Source: an uncultured Nitrososphaerales archaeon (GTDB taxonomy: Archaea > Thermoproteota > Nitrososphaeria > Nitrososphaerales > Nitrososphaeraceae). From it: a stretch of DNA of 64,000 bases. The translations under genes and the position numbers were made by a program. Shown here in pieces: positions 52,335 through 62,210 of this stretch (positions are counted from its first letter, which is position 1; every line of letters starts with the position of its first letter). Location: positions 256,001 to 320,000 of the forward strand of contig CAWJCY010000012.1 in assembly GCA_963841565.1 (NCBI GenBank). Direction: 5' to 3'. The notes beneath the pieces are model-generated. The model made no database searches. It saw nothing but the letters and a program-made list of their open reading frames with translations, and had not been told where the DNA came from.

Positions 52335-53093
52335 TTAAGTTCTCGACACATTAGCTAAGACATCATCAATGGCCTGTTTGAACACAGTGTATGGTTGCGC
52401 TCCTTCAATGGCAATTGGCACCGTCTCGTTAGAAATTATGACAAACGACGGTGTAGATCTAAGTCCAATACCATTGGCAAGCTGTGTATTTGCTTCGACT
52501 AAATTCCGATGGGTATGATTCTCAAGGCATCCAGAAAACTCTGTGAGATTCTGAATTCCGATTCTAGTTGCAAATTTTTTCAAACTATCCTCGGTTACCC
52601 AGCCTGTGTTTTCTCCGCGGGAATTATCGTACAGTTCGTCATGGTACTGCCAATATTTGCCTTGGTCTGCAGCACAATAAGAAGCCTCAGCTGCCAGCGT
52701 AGATGCACGGTCAGTTGGTAGATCATTAATCACAAAGTCTTTGAACACAAATCTAAGCTTGCCAGTATTTACGAAATTATTCATGATTTGATCCTTAGTT
52801 TCGTTATGAAATCTCGCACAATACTGACACTGATAATCACCGAATTCCACCATAGTCACGTTAGACGACCCACCTTCGGAGGCAAGGACAGGAACGTTCT
52901 CAGATATAGGAGCAATTATCCGCTGAATAACCTCGCTATTATCTTGTTTATTCAAAGCCGTAGAGGGAGAATTCATTAGAACAGCGGCTACAGCACCCCC
53001 TACCATAATGATAGCAAGTGCAACCCCGACTATCAGAGCTTTCCTATTTATTCTTCTCTTATCAGTCCTGTGTTTCCTTCCGCCCTTCGCCAA
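52335..53093 (-). CDS. DsbA-family thiol-disulfide oxidoreductase
   Basis: EFGDYQCQYC, TPSF, GAQPY; N-terminal TM. Confidence 0.92.
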   Translation of the reverse strand: MAKGGRKHRTDKRRINRKALIVGVALAIIMVGGAVAAVLMNSPSTALNKQDNSEVIQRIIAPISENVPVLASEGGSSNVTMVEFGDYQCQYCARFHNETKDQIMNNFVNTGKLRFVFKDFVINDLPTDRASTLAAEASYCAADQGKYWQYHDELYDNSRGENTGWVTEDSLKKFATRIGIQNLTEFSGCLENHTHRNLVEANTQLANGIGLRSTPSFVIISNETVPIAIEGAQPYTVFKQAIDDVLANVSRT

Positions 53094-53512
53094 TTATTCA
53101 GTGATCATTGTCGACTCAAGCCACTTAAAAGTCATGACGATGCCCTTAAAATGTCGAGAATATCTCAGCAAATCCTATTGATAATAAGGTATTAGTGAAT
53201 GATGCGGATTCTGATAATGAAGATGTAATTTGTTAAATATTAACCAAAGATATTCGCTATTTGAGATAGTCTAAGGCAATAATTTAAGGAATGTAATTGT
53301 TGAGATATCGGATCATTCTTATGAGATTCTGCACTGCATGAGTAATATCGAATGGTATTTTTCAATGACCAATTGATTACAAAAAAACTTGTCCATGGCG
53401 ATGATCGGAAGAAAGGCCCCGAGTAATCAGTCCTCTTTGACTAAAAGAATTAGCTAATTGATAACGGAAGTAATTCTATAAAAGCAAAAAAAAAGTATTT
53501 GAATTATCTTGA

Positions 53513-53854
53513 CTAAGGACAGTCTTCAGCAGTGTTTCCGGGAATTTGCATGCAATCTTCTCTTTCATTTACGCCTGTAGCATCAAACGCGGTGTTGTTA
53601 GGATTACTAATGTCAGTGTCATTTGCCAAAATAGCCTGATCACTTCCGGCCTCTGCCTCAAGTCCCGCGGCTGTCTCTGGACCCGTTTGGTTACTTTGTT
53701 CCGTGAAAGGAGATTCAGGCTCATCTGTAACCCCTGCTTCACCAGGTGGGCCTTCTTGGGCATAGATTGTATTCAAATACGGGGTGTTCAACAAGATTGC
53801 CGATAATGTGAATATAGTCGACAGTATTCCTACGATGGTAGCTTTCTTGTTCAT
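53513..53854 (-). CDS. Secreted acidic hypothetical protein
   Basis: Signal peptide; C-terminal EREDC...DCP. Confidence 0.65.
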   Translation of the reverse strand: MNKKATIVGILSTIFTLSAILLNTPYLNTIYAQEGPPGEAGVTDEPESPFTEQSNQTGPETAAGLEAEAGSDQAILANDTDISNPNNTAFDATGVNEREDCMQIPGNTAEDCP

Positions 53855-54057
53855 TATTTCTAGATGGCAGAGAAATACTACTTAAGTATTTTGATTGCAC
53901 TAGTCGCCAACTTGAAAGATTATACTTTTCCGCTGAAGATATGGTGGCCTAAATATAGGGCTTTCCATATTTGCCTTGAATTGAGAATCAACCAACAATA
54001 ATGTTAGAAAAAAATTCAATGAGCTCTCATGAGATGCTCTTAGCTGACTCCACTTCC

Positions 54058-54417
54058 CTAATTTGAAATGGATGTTTTTACAAACTTTTCATAGGTCTGT
54101 TCTGTAGCAGCTCCGACTGTCCGCGCAATCTCTTTTCCTTCTCTAAAAATCAAAAGAGATGGAATGGATCTAATCCCATAGTTCAGAGCAATCTCCTGAT
54201 TTTCATCTACGTTCAGTTTAACTATTTTGATCTCATCCGACATTATTTCACCGAGCTTTTCGAGAATAGGAGTAACCATTCTACAGGGACCACACCACTC
54301 CGCCCAAAAGTCGACGAGAACTGGAGTATCTGATTTTAAAACGTCATTCTCCCACGTTTGTTTGGAAGTCGCTACTACCATTTGAAAGAGATAATGCTTT
54401 TGATGAATATAAACCAA
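54058..54417 (-). CDS. trxA: Thioredoxin
   Basis: DFWAEWCGPC, SIP; likely start MVVATS. Confidence 0.95.
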   Translation of the reverse strand: MVYIHQKHYLFQMVVATSKQTWENDVLKSDTPVLVDFWAEWCGPCRMVTPILEKLGEIMSDEIKIVKLNVDENQEIALNYGIRSIPSLLIFREGKEIARTVGAATEQTYEKFVKTSISN

Positions 54418-54612
54418 TTATCTGTCTTGGGCTGAAGAATAGGCGTAACCGTTCACGAGCTAAATTAATGACGAAAGAATGCATTCCTTCATTGAATTAC
54501 TTATTCAGGCATTGTATTGGAAGAGGATGTCCTATTACTAACTTCCTCAGAAAACTTCATTGTTATATTGATGACTGCCACAGACCATAACTTGAACTCT
54601 TAAAGAAAGCCA

Positions 54613-54897
54613 TTATTCGCGAGCTACAGGGCGAAGATCGTCCTCTATCTCGCTGAACAACTGCAAACATCGATACCCTTTCTTGGTCAATTCGTAAAAC
54701 GGATATGGTTTGAAATCGGTCAAAATAAGCAGTCTGATGCCGACCAAATTTTCGAGATACTTGACTGTCTGCGGATGGGTCAGTTTAGCGCCATGACCAA
54801 TGCTGGTTTGACTTCGCAGAGTTCTAAAAAGTGGCTGGGTGGTATAGACTATCTTGAGGATGTCCCTAACTATGTCATGATGATCGCGCTGAGGCAT
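54613..54897 (-). CDS. Winged-helix regulator (HTH_45-like)
   Basis: RDHHDIVRDIL...YELTKKG..CL. Confidence 0.75.
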   Translation of the reverse strand: MPQRDHHDIVRDILKIVYTTQPLFRTLRSQTSIGHGAKLTHPQTVKYLENLVGIRLLILTDFKPYPFYELTKKGYRCLQLFSEIEDDLRPVARE

Positions 54898-55099
54898 TAG
54901 TTGAGGAGTTATTAGTTTGGTACCATAAATGAGAGTTGTGCATTTGAACAGGCTAACCGACTATGGATTAAGTTTATCATACATCAAAAGATTGTAGCTA
55001 TTGGATTCCCAATTTATCTATAATTAATACCCTCGTATACCAAAACGATAACTAAAGCATCGGAATGTGATTTTCTCTATTTCTTGCTGTTGACTTTGA

Positions 55100-55294
55100 T
55101 CAGCGCTTGGTCTCTGGAGCCATTTCAGTCTGGTTTGTGTATAGCATGGTATCATTAACTACAGTTTCGTTCTGTGCCAGCACTGATGCCTCACTCAGGA
55201 GACTCCACGATGTAAGTCCTGCCACTGCGAACGCCAATACTGCGAATACAGCTACAGCCACTAACTTTAGGGAATTATTCATATTTGTCCCCAA
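55100..55294 (-). CDS. Small secreted peptide
   Basis: Signal peptide ending VLAQ; NET/NDT/NQT sequons. Confidence 0.5.
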   Translation of the reverse strand: MGTNMNNSLKLVAVAVFAVLAFAVAGLTSWSLLSEASVLAQNETVVNDTMLYTNQTEMAPETKR

Positions 55295-55698
55295 GATTAG
55301 TATATTAGGTATGGTAATATTTAAGGTAGCTCTAAGTCATCATCATCATCGTCATCACCACTGCTGTCATTAATATTCCTAGATCATAATGGTCTGTACC
55401 TGTATTCTCGTTCTAATTGATGGAAATAGTTGGGATGATAAGTAAGGGTCTCACATGAAACACATTACTTTGCAGATCCTTTCGAACCACCTGAGTGGCG
55501 ATCTCAGTGGGTCCAGAGATTACAATTACCAGAGAATGAACAAAAAGAGTAAAAAAGCAGATAAACGGTCTTGGTCTTAGCCTCAGTTTCAGTCTCAGCC
55601 AACGTTTAACCTAAGTGAGTCTATTTTTTATATACGTCTAGGCGTCAGACAAACCATTTTATTATACGCAAGGCCGATAGTATGATTGAGCCACAAGA

Positions 55699-56889
55699 TT
55701 GACAGATAAGCTGTCTCACTATAGCACGCTTGAAATAGAACCCTCCGATTTGAAGAACAAGATGGATTCTGGTGAAAATTTATACATTTTGGACGTTCGG
55801 ACCCCAGAGGAATACAAGAGCTGGAAGATTGGTTACGATAAACATGTAGAGCCCTCTCTCGTACCTTTGGACAAATTATCCTCCAATGAACAAATCAGAA
55901 ATATCCCCAAAGATAGAGAGGTGATCACTGTTTGTTCTCATGGGATGAGATCAAAGATGGCTGCAGAATACCTATCTCAACTCGGATACAATGCCAAGAG
56001 TATAAGAGGGGGGATGGTTGCTTGGAATAAAATTAATGATCTGGCATTAATACCATCTCGAACAGATCTCAACTTGAAGATCTGGCAGATAAGACGCATT
56101 TCAAAGGGATGCATGACCTATTTGATTTCATATTTTAATGACGCAGTTGTAATTGACCCCCCATGTAGTTCGGCAGCTTCAATTTACGAGATTGCGAAAA
56201 AGAGTAACCTTCGAATCAAGGCTCTAATCGAAACACATAGACATGCAGATCACATGTCTGCTTCGATGACTATCGCTAAGGAAACTGGTGCCACTCTTTA
56301 CCTTAGCCCTATGGAAGAATATGAAACAGAACAAACCAAGACGAACGGATTAGACATGACTTTCCTTGATGATGGCCAGAGGATCGAAATCTCTAATGGG
56401 ATATCCCTTGATGTAATCCACACACCCGGACATACAGTTGGGAGTATGTCTTTCAAATTAGAAACCCTATCAGATGGGAACGAACATGGCAAAAGAGAAA
56501 CTTTTCTCTTCAGCGGGGATACGCTCTTTGTTGATGGGATCGGAAGGCCTGATCTGCATGATAAGGTCGACGAGTTTTCCCGAACTCTTTTTCTTACCTA
56601 CAAGAAGCTCGCGTCATTACCTGATGACGCAATAGTATTGCCCTCCCACTACAGCAAGAGTATGAAGCACGAAGATCCGATATTCAAATCGATTGGCGAA
56701 ATAAAAGCATATGTAAAGGCGTTTAGAATGAATGAAGGTGAATTCATCAGTCATTTGGCATCTAGTATACCTCCTCAACCCATGAATTACAAGAGAATAT
56801 TGCGGCTAAACAAAGATCTGCTACTATGCAATAATTTGCAACTAGACGATTTAGAAGCAGGACCGAATTCATGCGAAATCCCAGGTTGA
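55699..56889 (+). CDS. Rhodanese-MBL fusion (persulfide dioxygenase/ETHE1-like)
   Basis: LDVRTPEEY, CSHGMRS rhodanese loop; THRHADH, HTPGHT, SGDTLF, GRPDL, LPSH; C-terminal GPNSC. Confidence 0.88.
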   Translation: MTDKLSHYSTLEIEPSDLKNKMDSGENLYILDVRTPEEYKSWKIGYDKHVEPSLVPLDKLSSNEQIRNIPKDREVITVCSHGMRSKMAAEYLSQLGYNAKSIRGGMVAWNKINDLALIPSRTDLNLKIWQIRRISKGCMTYLISYFNDAVVIDPPCSSAASIYEIAKKSNLRIKALIETHRHADHMSASMTIAKETGATLYLSPMEEYETEQTKTNGLDMTFLDDGQRIEISNGISLDVIHTPGHTVGSMSFKLETLSDGNEHGKRETFLFSGDTLFVDGIGRPDLHDKVDEFSRTLFLTYKKLASLPDDAIVLPSHYSKSMKHEDPIFKSIGEIKAYVKAFRMNEGEFISHLASSIPPQPMNYKRILRLNKDLLLCNNLQLDDLEAGPNSCEIPG

Positions 56890-57217
56890 AGGACCTTGTT
56901 TAATCTTAACTGACCAGAGATCCTAAACGCGAAGGTAAGCATTGTGAGCTTGCAGCGCAAAAATAATTTTGAGGCACAGCCTCAAAAGTGAGCCAGAATT
57001 CAACACCTGTTGATTTCGTTGCATAATCATTTTTGCTTTCGGGAAGTTATAAATTCAATTTTCAAATCAGATTGCTCCTGCTTAACTTTACAAACTAGAA
57101 ATAGTATGAAAAACCAAATTACGGTAACACTCCCACTACCTATGCCAATTCTTCACTTCACTTGCACAATAGAATGAATAAGAACTATAAATAGGCCTAA
57201 TACATTTGTTTATGGTC

Positions 57218-57682
57218 TTACTTGACATGCAATGATCCTGCCACGCTCTCATAGGCCTCTTTCAATTTGGGAACAGTGTCATATCTCCAAAGGTCCTTCA
57301 TGGTTATCCATTTAAATCGGTCATGTTCTCTACTAAGTATTATTTTCCCGCTTTTTGATTGGAAGAGGTATGGATGGATATTATATGAGGTATCTGGATT
57401 TTCGGGGTCGATTGCAAGAAGTACATTGCCTGACCTCACTAATTGTATTTTGCTGCTGTCCAAACCAGTTTCTTCGTTGATCTCTATAATGGCCTGTGTA
57501 AGCGGATCGTTTTTTTCTAAATAGCCACTCACAGCTCCCCATTTTTCCTTCATAGTTCTCACACTAGTGCTTCGTCTAAGGATTAACACTAGGCCATCAA
57601 ATTCCAAGAAAGCAGTTACTACATCGATCACTGTGAGGTTTGGCATCCTTATTTCAACTTTCATAGACACGCCTAATAACAT
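57218..57682 (-). CDS. NUDIX hydrolase
   Basis: WGAVSGYLE..DPLTQAIIEINEETG. Confidence 0.88.
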   Translation of the reverse strand: MLLGVSMKVEIRMPNLTVIDVVTAFLEFDGLVLILRRSTSVRTMKEKWGAVSGYLEKNDPLTQAIIEINEETGLDSSKIQLVRSGNVLLAIDPENPDTSYNIHPYLFQSKSGKIILSREHDRFKWITMKDLWRYDTVPKLKEAYESVAGSLHVK

Positions 57683-57828
57683 TGTCGAGCACTCTACATT
57701 CGGGGAGAACCATCAATACGTTGGACCGCTATATTATACGAATACTATCGTCCTCTCCTTCGTCTCAGATTTGCCTGGATCTCAATATGTCAGGAACTTC
57801 TCTTCAGGAAGAGTTGATATTGGCTCAA

Positions 57829-58650
57829 TTAGATTTTGACTACTTCCAGATCAGTTTTTTCAAGGGTATCCAAAATGCTCTTTTTGTATTTCCCGAGTCC
57901 CTTCCAATCTAAAAGAACATGTGTTATCCTTTCCGTGCTCCTGCTTATCATTTGCTGAATCATCCTGTAGTCAATGAACTGCAAATTATTCTTGGCCGCA
58001 ATATAGGTTACAGAAAAATCTGTCCCTCGAAGTATCTTGTTTAATTTTTCGGGATAATGTGTTCCACCTAGAGCCAGGGCTACTCTACTAGAACCTCTTA
58101 CATATAATGAGGATGAAACCTCTAAAATACTATTGCAAACTACTCGGGCTGCATTAGAGTCCTTCCATTGTTCTGGTCCAGAACCGATTTCGACAAAAAT
58201 GATGGGTCCTTTGAGAGATGTAGGTCCGTGATGTGTTGCTTCTAGGGTAATTTGATAATCTGGCACAGAATTTCGGTTTCGATACAATTCATTAAAATAT
58301 GCCTTCAAAATGGAAGGATCAACAATTCCCAATTCATTTGGCTTACCACCGTAAAAAGTATCTTGGGAAAAGTTACCCGTCGAATGACATGTAAGAGAGG
58401 CTATTCCGCTTGCTGATCTATGTCTTGAAAGAAAGACAAATGATGTTGGTCGCTCACTAACGTTGTAATCCTCAAGGAAGAGCGGATCCCCATTTGTAAT
58501 GTAGAGTTTGATATTCCGATATTTGGAAGATTCATAGGTCACAGGATCGCTCCTGGTCATTTGAAAATCCTTGTTTGATGTCAAGAAATTTACCATATTT
58601 ATACCCGCTTCATCTTTTAAGGCTGCAATTAGCGCTATATTTTCTTCCAT
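57829..58650 (-). CDS. dtdA: Archaeal D-aminoacyl-tRNA deacylase (DTD2)
   Basis: FLSRHRS, CHSTGNF, EATHHGP, FVEIGS, GGTHY. Confidence 0.92.
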   Translation of the reverse strand: MEENIALIAALKDEAGINMVNFLTSNKDFQMTRSDPVTYESSKYRNIKLYITNGDPLFLEDYNVSERPTSFVFLSRHRSASGIASLTCHSTGNFSQDTFYGGKPNELGIVDPSILKAYFNELYRNRNSVPDYQITLEATHHGPTSLKGPIIFVEIGSGPEQWKDSNAARVVCNSILEVSSSLYVRGSSRVALALGGTHYPEKLNKILRGTDFSVTYIAAKNNLQFIDYRMIQQMISRSTERITHVLLDWKGLGKYKKSILDTLEKTDLEVVKI

Positions 58651-58844
58651 GATAAGGGTGGGATAGCGCCTACTATAAATTCGCTAATAGCTGTTCACTT
58701 GATAGCTGATTATTTAGTCCTGAGTTCAATTTGCCTCAATGAATCGAGAATTTAGGATAAAGGCTCTAGATTGGCAAATCTACACCAGGATTATGTGACG
58801 TAAATTTATAAAATGCAATAATATACCGTAGATACATTCGCTAA

Positions 58845-59510
58845 ATGGATGCTAACTTACTTGACATTAATCGTAACATAGAAAAGGGGAATCTAGAGGA
58901 TAGGAGTAATTCTACGAATGTATCCGAGGACATCAACTTAGAAAGCACGGCCTCAGAAGGTTTTGTGGATGAAACACCTAGCAGCATGCAGGAAAGCAAT
59001 TTGATAAACGGATCTGTCCTAGCCGAACCTACTGATAAGACTAGTGAGCACGCAACAGAAGATGCCGCAAAGTCCAAATTTTTTGCTATCAGGATAACAG
59101 GTGGGCAGGAGCGAGTCGTCGCCAACATTTTATACACAAAAATTACTACAAAGAAATTGAAAATTTTTTCGATTTTGGTGCTAGAAAACTTCAAAGGCTA
59201 CATTATAGTCGAAGCACCTGACGCAAATGTAGCATATGAAGCGATGAGCGGAGTGCGACACGTTCGTGGACAAATACGTGGGGAATTGCCTTTTAAGGAT
59301 ATTGAAGGCTATCTAGTTAAGAAACCTGTAGTAACTGATCTGAGCATAGATAATATGGTAGAGGTGGTTGCCGGACCCTTCAAATCCATGAAAGCAAAGG
59401 TAATCAGAGTTGACTACGAGAAACAGGAGGCAACAGTGGTTCTTCTCGATTCACCATATCAAATCCCGGTGACCGTTGATGCAAACTATCTCCGCAAATT
59501 GATTCAGTAA
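58845..59510 (+). CDS. spt5: Transcription elongation factor Spt5 (NGN+KOW) with an acidic N-terminal extension
   Basis: FAIRITGGQE, KGYIIVEA, VEVVAGPFK. Confidence 0.93.
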   Translation: MDANLLDINRNIEKGNLEDRSNSTNVSEDINLESTASEGFVDETPSSMQESNLINGSVLAEPTDKTSEHATEDAAKSKFFAIRITGGQERVVANILYTKITTKKLKIFSILVLENFKGYIIVEAPDANVAYEAMSGVRHVRGQIRGELPFKDIEGYLVKKPVVTDLSIDNMVEVVAGPFKSMKAKVIRVDYEKQEATVVLLDSPYQIPVTVDANYLRKLIQ

Positions 59511-59619
59511 GGTGAAAAGGCTCCAATTCAGATTTATTGTTCAGATTTCTGATTAAATAAGTGGTTAGTTGAAGTAGCATAATCAATTTATATCCAGGTA
59601 TAGCCTTTTGTTCTGCTGT

Positions 59620-60102
59620 ATGGGAGAGAAGAAGAGTATTTCCGCTCTTGTAAGCGGCGGAGAGGCCAGTGCAGGTCCTCCTCTGGGCCCTTCGTTAGGC
59701 CCAATGGGTCTTAACGTATTACAAGTTGTAAACACCATCAATGAAAAGACTAAAGACTTTCCTGGCATGAAGGTACCTGTCAAGGTCGAAGTTGATACCG
59801 AAACGAAGCAGTTTACCGTAGAAGTAGGCATACCTCCGACTGCGGCCCTTATTGCAAAAGAAGGTGGGTTTGGCAAGGGATCCGGTACTTCGGGAACCGA
59901 CTACGTGGGAGATTTGCCGATAGAAAAAGTTGTGAAAATAGCAAAGATGAAACTAGACAGTTCCTATGCGATCGACATCAAAGGAGTCGCTAAAGAAGTG
60001 ATCGGATCCTGTTTAAGTATGGGAGTAAAAGTAGATGGAAAACTTCCCAAAGATATTTTCGCTGAGATATCCAAAGGAAACTATAATGAAAAGCTTGTAT
60101 AG
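59620..60102 (+). CDS. rpl11: 50S ribosomal protein L11 (uL11)
   Basis: GGEASAGPPLGPSLGP, GMKVPV, GSCLSMGV. ATG at 59620 preferred over the track start. Confidence 0.95.
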   Translation: MGEKKSISALVSGGEASAGPPLGPSLGPMGLNVLQVVNTINEKTKDFPGMKVPVKVEVDTETKQFTVEVGIPPTAALIAKEGGFGKGSGTSGTDYVGDLPIEKVVKIAKMKLDSSYAIDIKGVAKEVIGSCLSMGVKVDGKLPKDIFAEISKGNYNEKLV

Positions 60103-60168
60103 ATAGTTTCTAGAGTCAATGTGAATTGGTAAAATACGATTCAATTTGCATCAATTACCTATTATTTT

Positions 60169-60861
60169 CTACTTCTTTTTTGCGATGGATGGGTTCGAAA
60201 CATACGCATCTGAATCTGCTACAACTGAGTAGCTTTTCCCTTTCTGAGTTTGTAATTTATCAACGATAGCAAGCCCGAAACTTGCTCCAGAATTGCTTGG
60301 GATATCTTTTGGCTCGGCTAGGCCTCTTCCTATAGCTATGACCCGACCATCCGTATCGTAAAGTGTAGCAAGAGCGATCGAGTTATTAGCGCTAGCTGGT
60401 CCAGAATTGAATATGACACCATTGATATAATAGAACCCTAAAATATCTTGTCTGGATGAGTCAACCTTAATTCGGAGATCTACTGGCGGGGGTCCGCCTT
60501 CTGTCCCATTCACAGATAGTTTGAAGTCCTTTACCTTATCAACGGTCTTCTGGTCTATGAAAAGAATTTCGAAAGGGGATACAAAACCTGGATTGATGGT
60601 TCTTAATTCAGCAGATCTTTTGTATTCGTTTATGATCTTGCCTTCTGAATCAAAAAATGTAGCGCCAATTGTGACATTCGTCATAGCCTCGTTCCCAATG
60701 TTTTTCAACTCCCCAAGAACATGCATGATGTTATTATCATCCACATAATTGTAAACATGATTTATTTCAAGATTATTTTGGGGGGTAGAGTATGAGTTAG
60801 GCGTCGTACAAGACATGGAGAACAAAAAAAGGATTCCGAATAGGAGAAACTTTCCCTCCAT
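60169..60861 (-). CDS. FxLYD-domain secreted protein
   Basis: Two repeats: GELKN...ATFFDSEG and GVIFN...ATLYDTDG. Confidence 0.8.
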   Translation of the reverse strand: MEGKFLLFGILFLFSMSCTTPNSYSTPQNNLEINHVYNYVDDNNIMHVLGELKNIGNEAMTNVTIGATFFDSEGKIINEYKRSAELRTINPGFVSPFEILFIDQKTVDKVKDFKLSVNGTEGGPPPVDLRIKVDSSRQDILGFYYINGVIFNSGPASANNSIALATLYDTDGRVIAIGRGLAEPKDIPSNSGASFGLAIVDKLQTQKGKSYSVVADSDAYVSNPSIAKKK

Positions 60862-61133
60862 GCAATTGCACCTAAGGTTAGGGAGGGCTATCTAAAAAGG
60901 CTTCATATAATTCCTTAATTCTTAAGCAACACTGACGACAACTAACAGAATCGGATCAGAGCCATCCTGGCAGATCCACTGGCGTCCAACTTCCCAATTG
61001 GACTTAAAACATTATGAACAGAACGAAGGGATACGAGTATGCCTTGGATTATTAGGATTTTGATGGATCAAATAACTATGTTAATCATAAGATAAATAAA
61101 GGAACAGCCCGTTAATGAGCTAAGGCGAGGATA

Positions 61134-61571
61134 TTGGACAACAGAGCGGCGAATGACCGAGATGATGAAAATGTAGCCAATAACGATGATGATGATGATT
61201 TTACCACAACCACAAATGCAAGAGCTAATTTGTTGACATTAATGGATACATTCATTCAACAAATCCTCAATATTAGAAAAACACTATTAGGTGTTTCTAT
61301 CTCCGCTTTAATCTTAGCTCCTATCGCTATCGGTCTCTCGGTGTACTTGATTAGACATCCATCTTTCTTTGCTATTCTAGAAATAGAAAACGAATTTGGC
61401 ACTGTATTAAGCATATTATTGGGTTCCGTGATTACAATTTCATGTATCTGGCTTTATGCAGGAATAAGGCAATACAAAAAGATCGGTTCATGGAATAGTC
61501 GATACAATGCCTACCTAAATGAGAAAAGCGAGATTAATAGAAAGATTTCATCCCAGTTTGGGTTGGAATAA
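61134..61571 (+). CDS. Two-TM membrane hypothetical protein
   Basis: Two hydrophobic helices; GIRQY..W..RY motif. Confidence 0.65.
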   Translation: MDNRAANDRDDENVANNDDDDDFTTTTNARANLLTLMDTFIQQILNIRKTLLGVSISALILAPIAIGLSVYLIRHPSFFAILEIENEFGTVLSILLGSVITISCIWLYAGIRQYKKIGSWNSRYNAYLNEKSEINRKISSQFGLE

Positions 61572-61676
61572 ATCGTAGTTCAACAATTACAGCTACATAT
61601 AACTCTAGTATTAATTTTGTATTTGTGCTTTTTTTAGAAATTCAACCCTCAGGTGCACACAATCCCCTACTCTTGC

Positions 61677-62000
61677 CTACTTTGAATCAGGGATCGACTC
61701 GCCTTGATTTCTTCTTCGCGGAAACATCTTTTCATAGGGGGCAAGTATAGTATTAAAAAAACTTATACCTTCAGAAGTGGTCATGTAAAGGCTAACTGAT
61801 TTCTTACCAATCAATCTTTCCTTTCTTGTAATCAAATTGTTTGATTCCATTTCATCGAGAATCACTTTATGTTTCTTGAGGTTTAGACCACAGAAACTTA
61901 TCAATGCTGTCTGGTTTAATTCCCCATATTCAGCAAGTTTCAGAATAATATCTTCAATGATATAGATCCTGTCTCGGTATGATACTGTAGAACCAGACAA
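61677..62000 (-). CDS. Winged-helix regulator (HTH_45/DUF4364-like)
   Basis: YRDRIYIIEDII...NQTALISFCGLN...TSEG..F. Confidence 0.75.
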   Translation of the reverse strand: MSGSTVSYRDRIYIIEDIILKLAEYGELNQTALISFCGLNLKKHKVILDEMESNNLITRKERLIGKKSVSLYMTTSEGISFFNTILAPYEKMFPRRRNQGESIPDSK

Positions 62001-62210
62001 CGTAAGTCACTCACTCGATGCTCCTGATTAGGTATATAGTTTATCCCACACTAATTCCAAGCGTATATTTTTTCAATGCATTGTAATAGGTTCTCAGATA
62101 TTTCAGACAATATGGTCTGGAAGCCTTTACATGAATTTGCCCTGAGTTGTTTAGCATAATAAGAATCTGATCTCCAAATAGAGATTTGAGGCCATGAAGC
62201 ACTCACAAAC

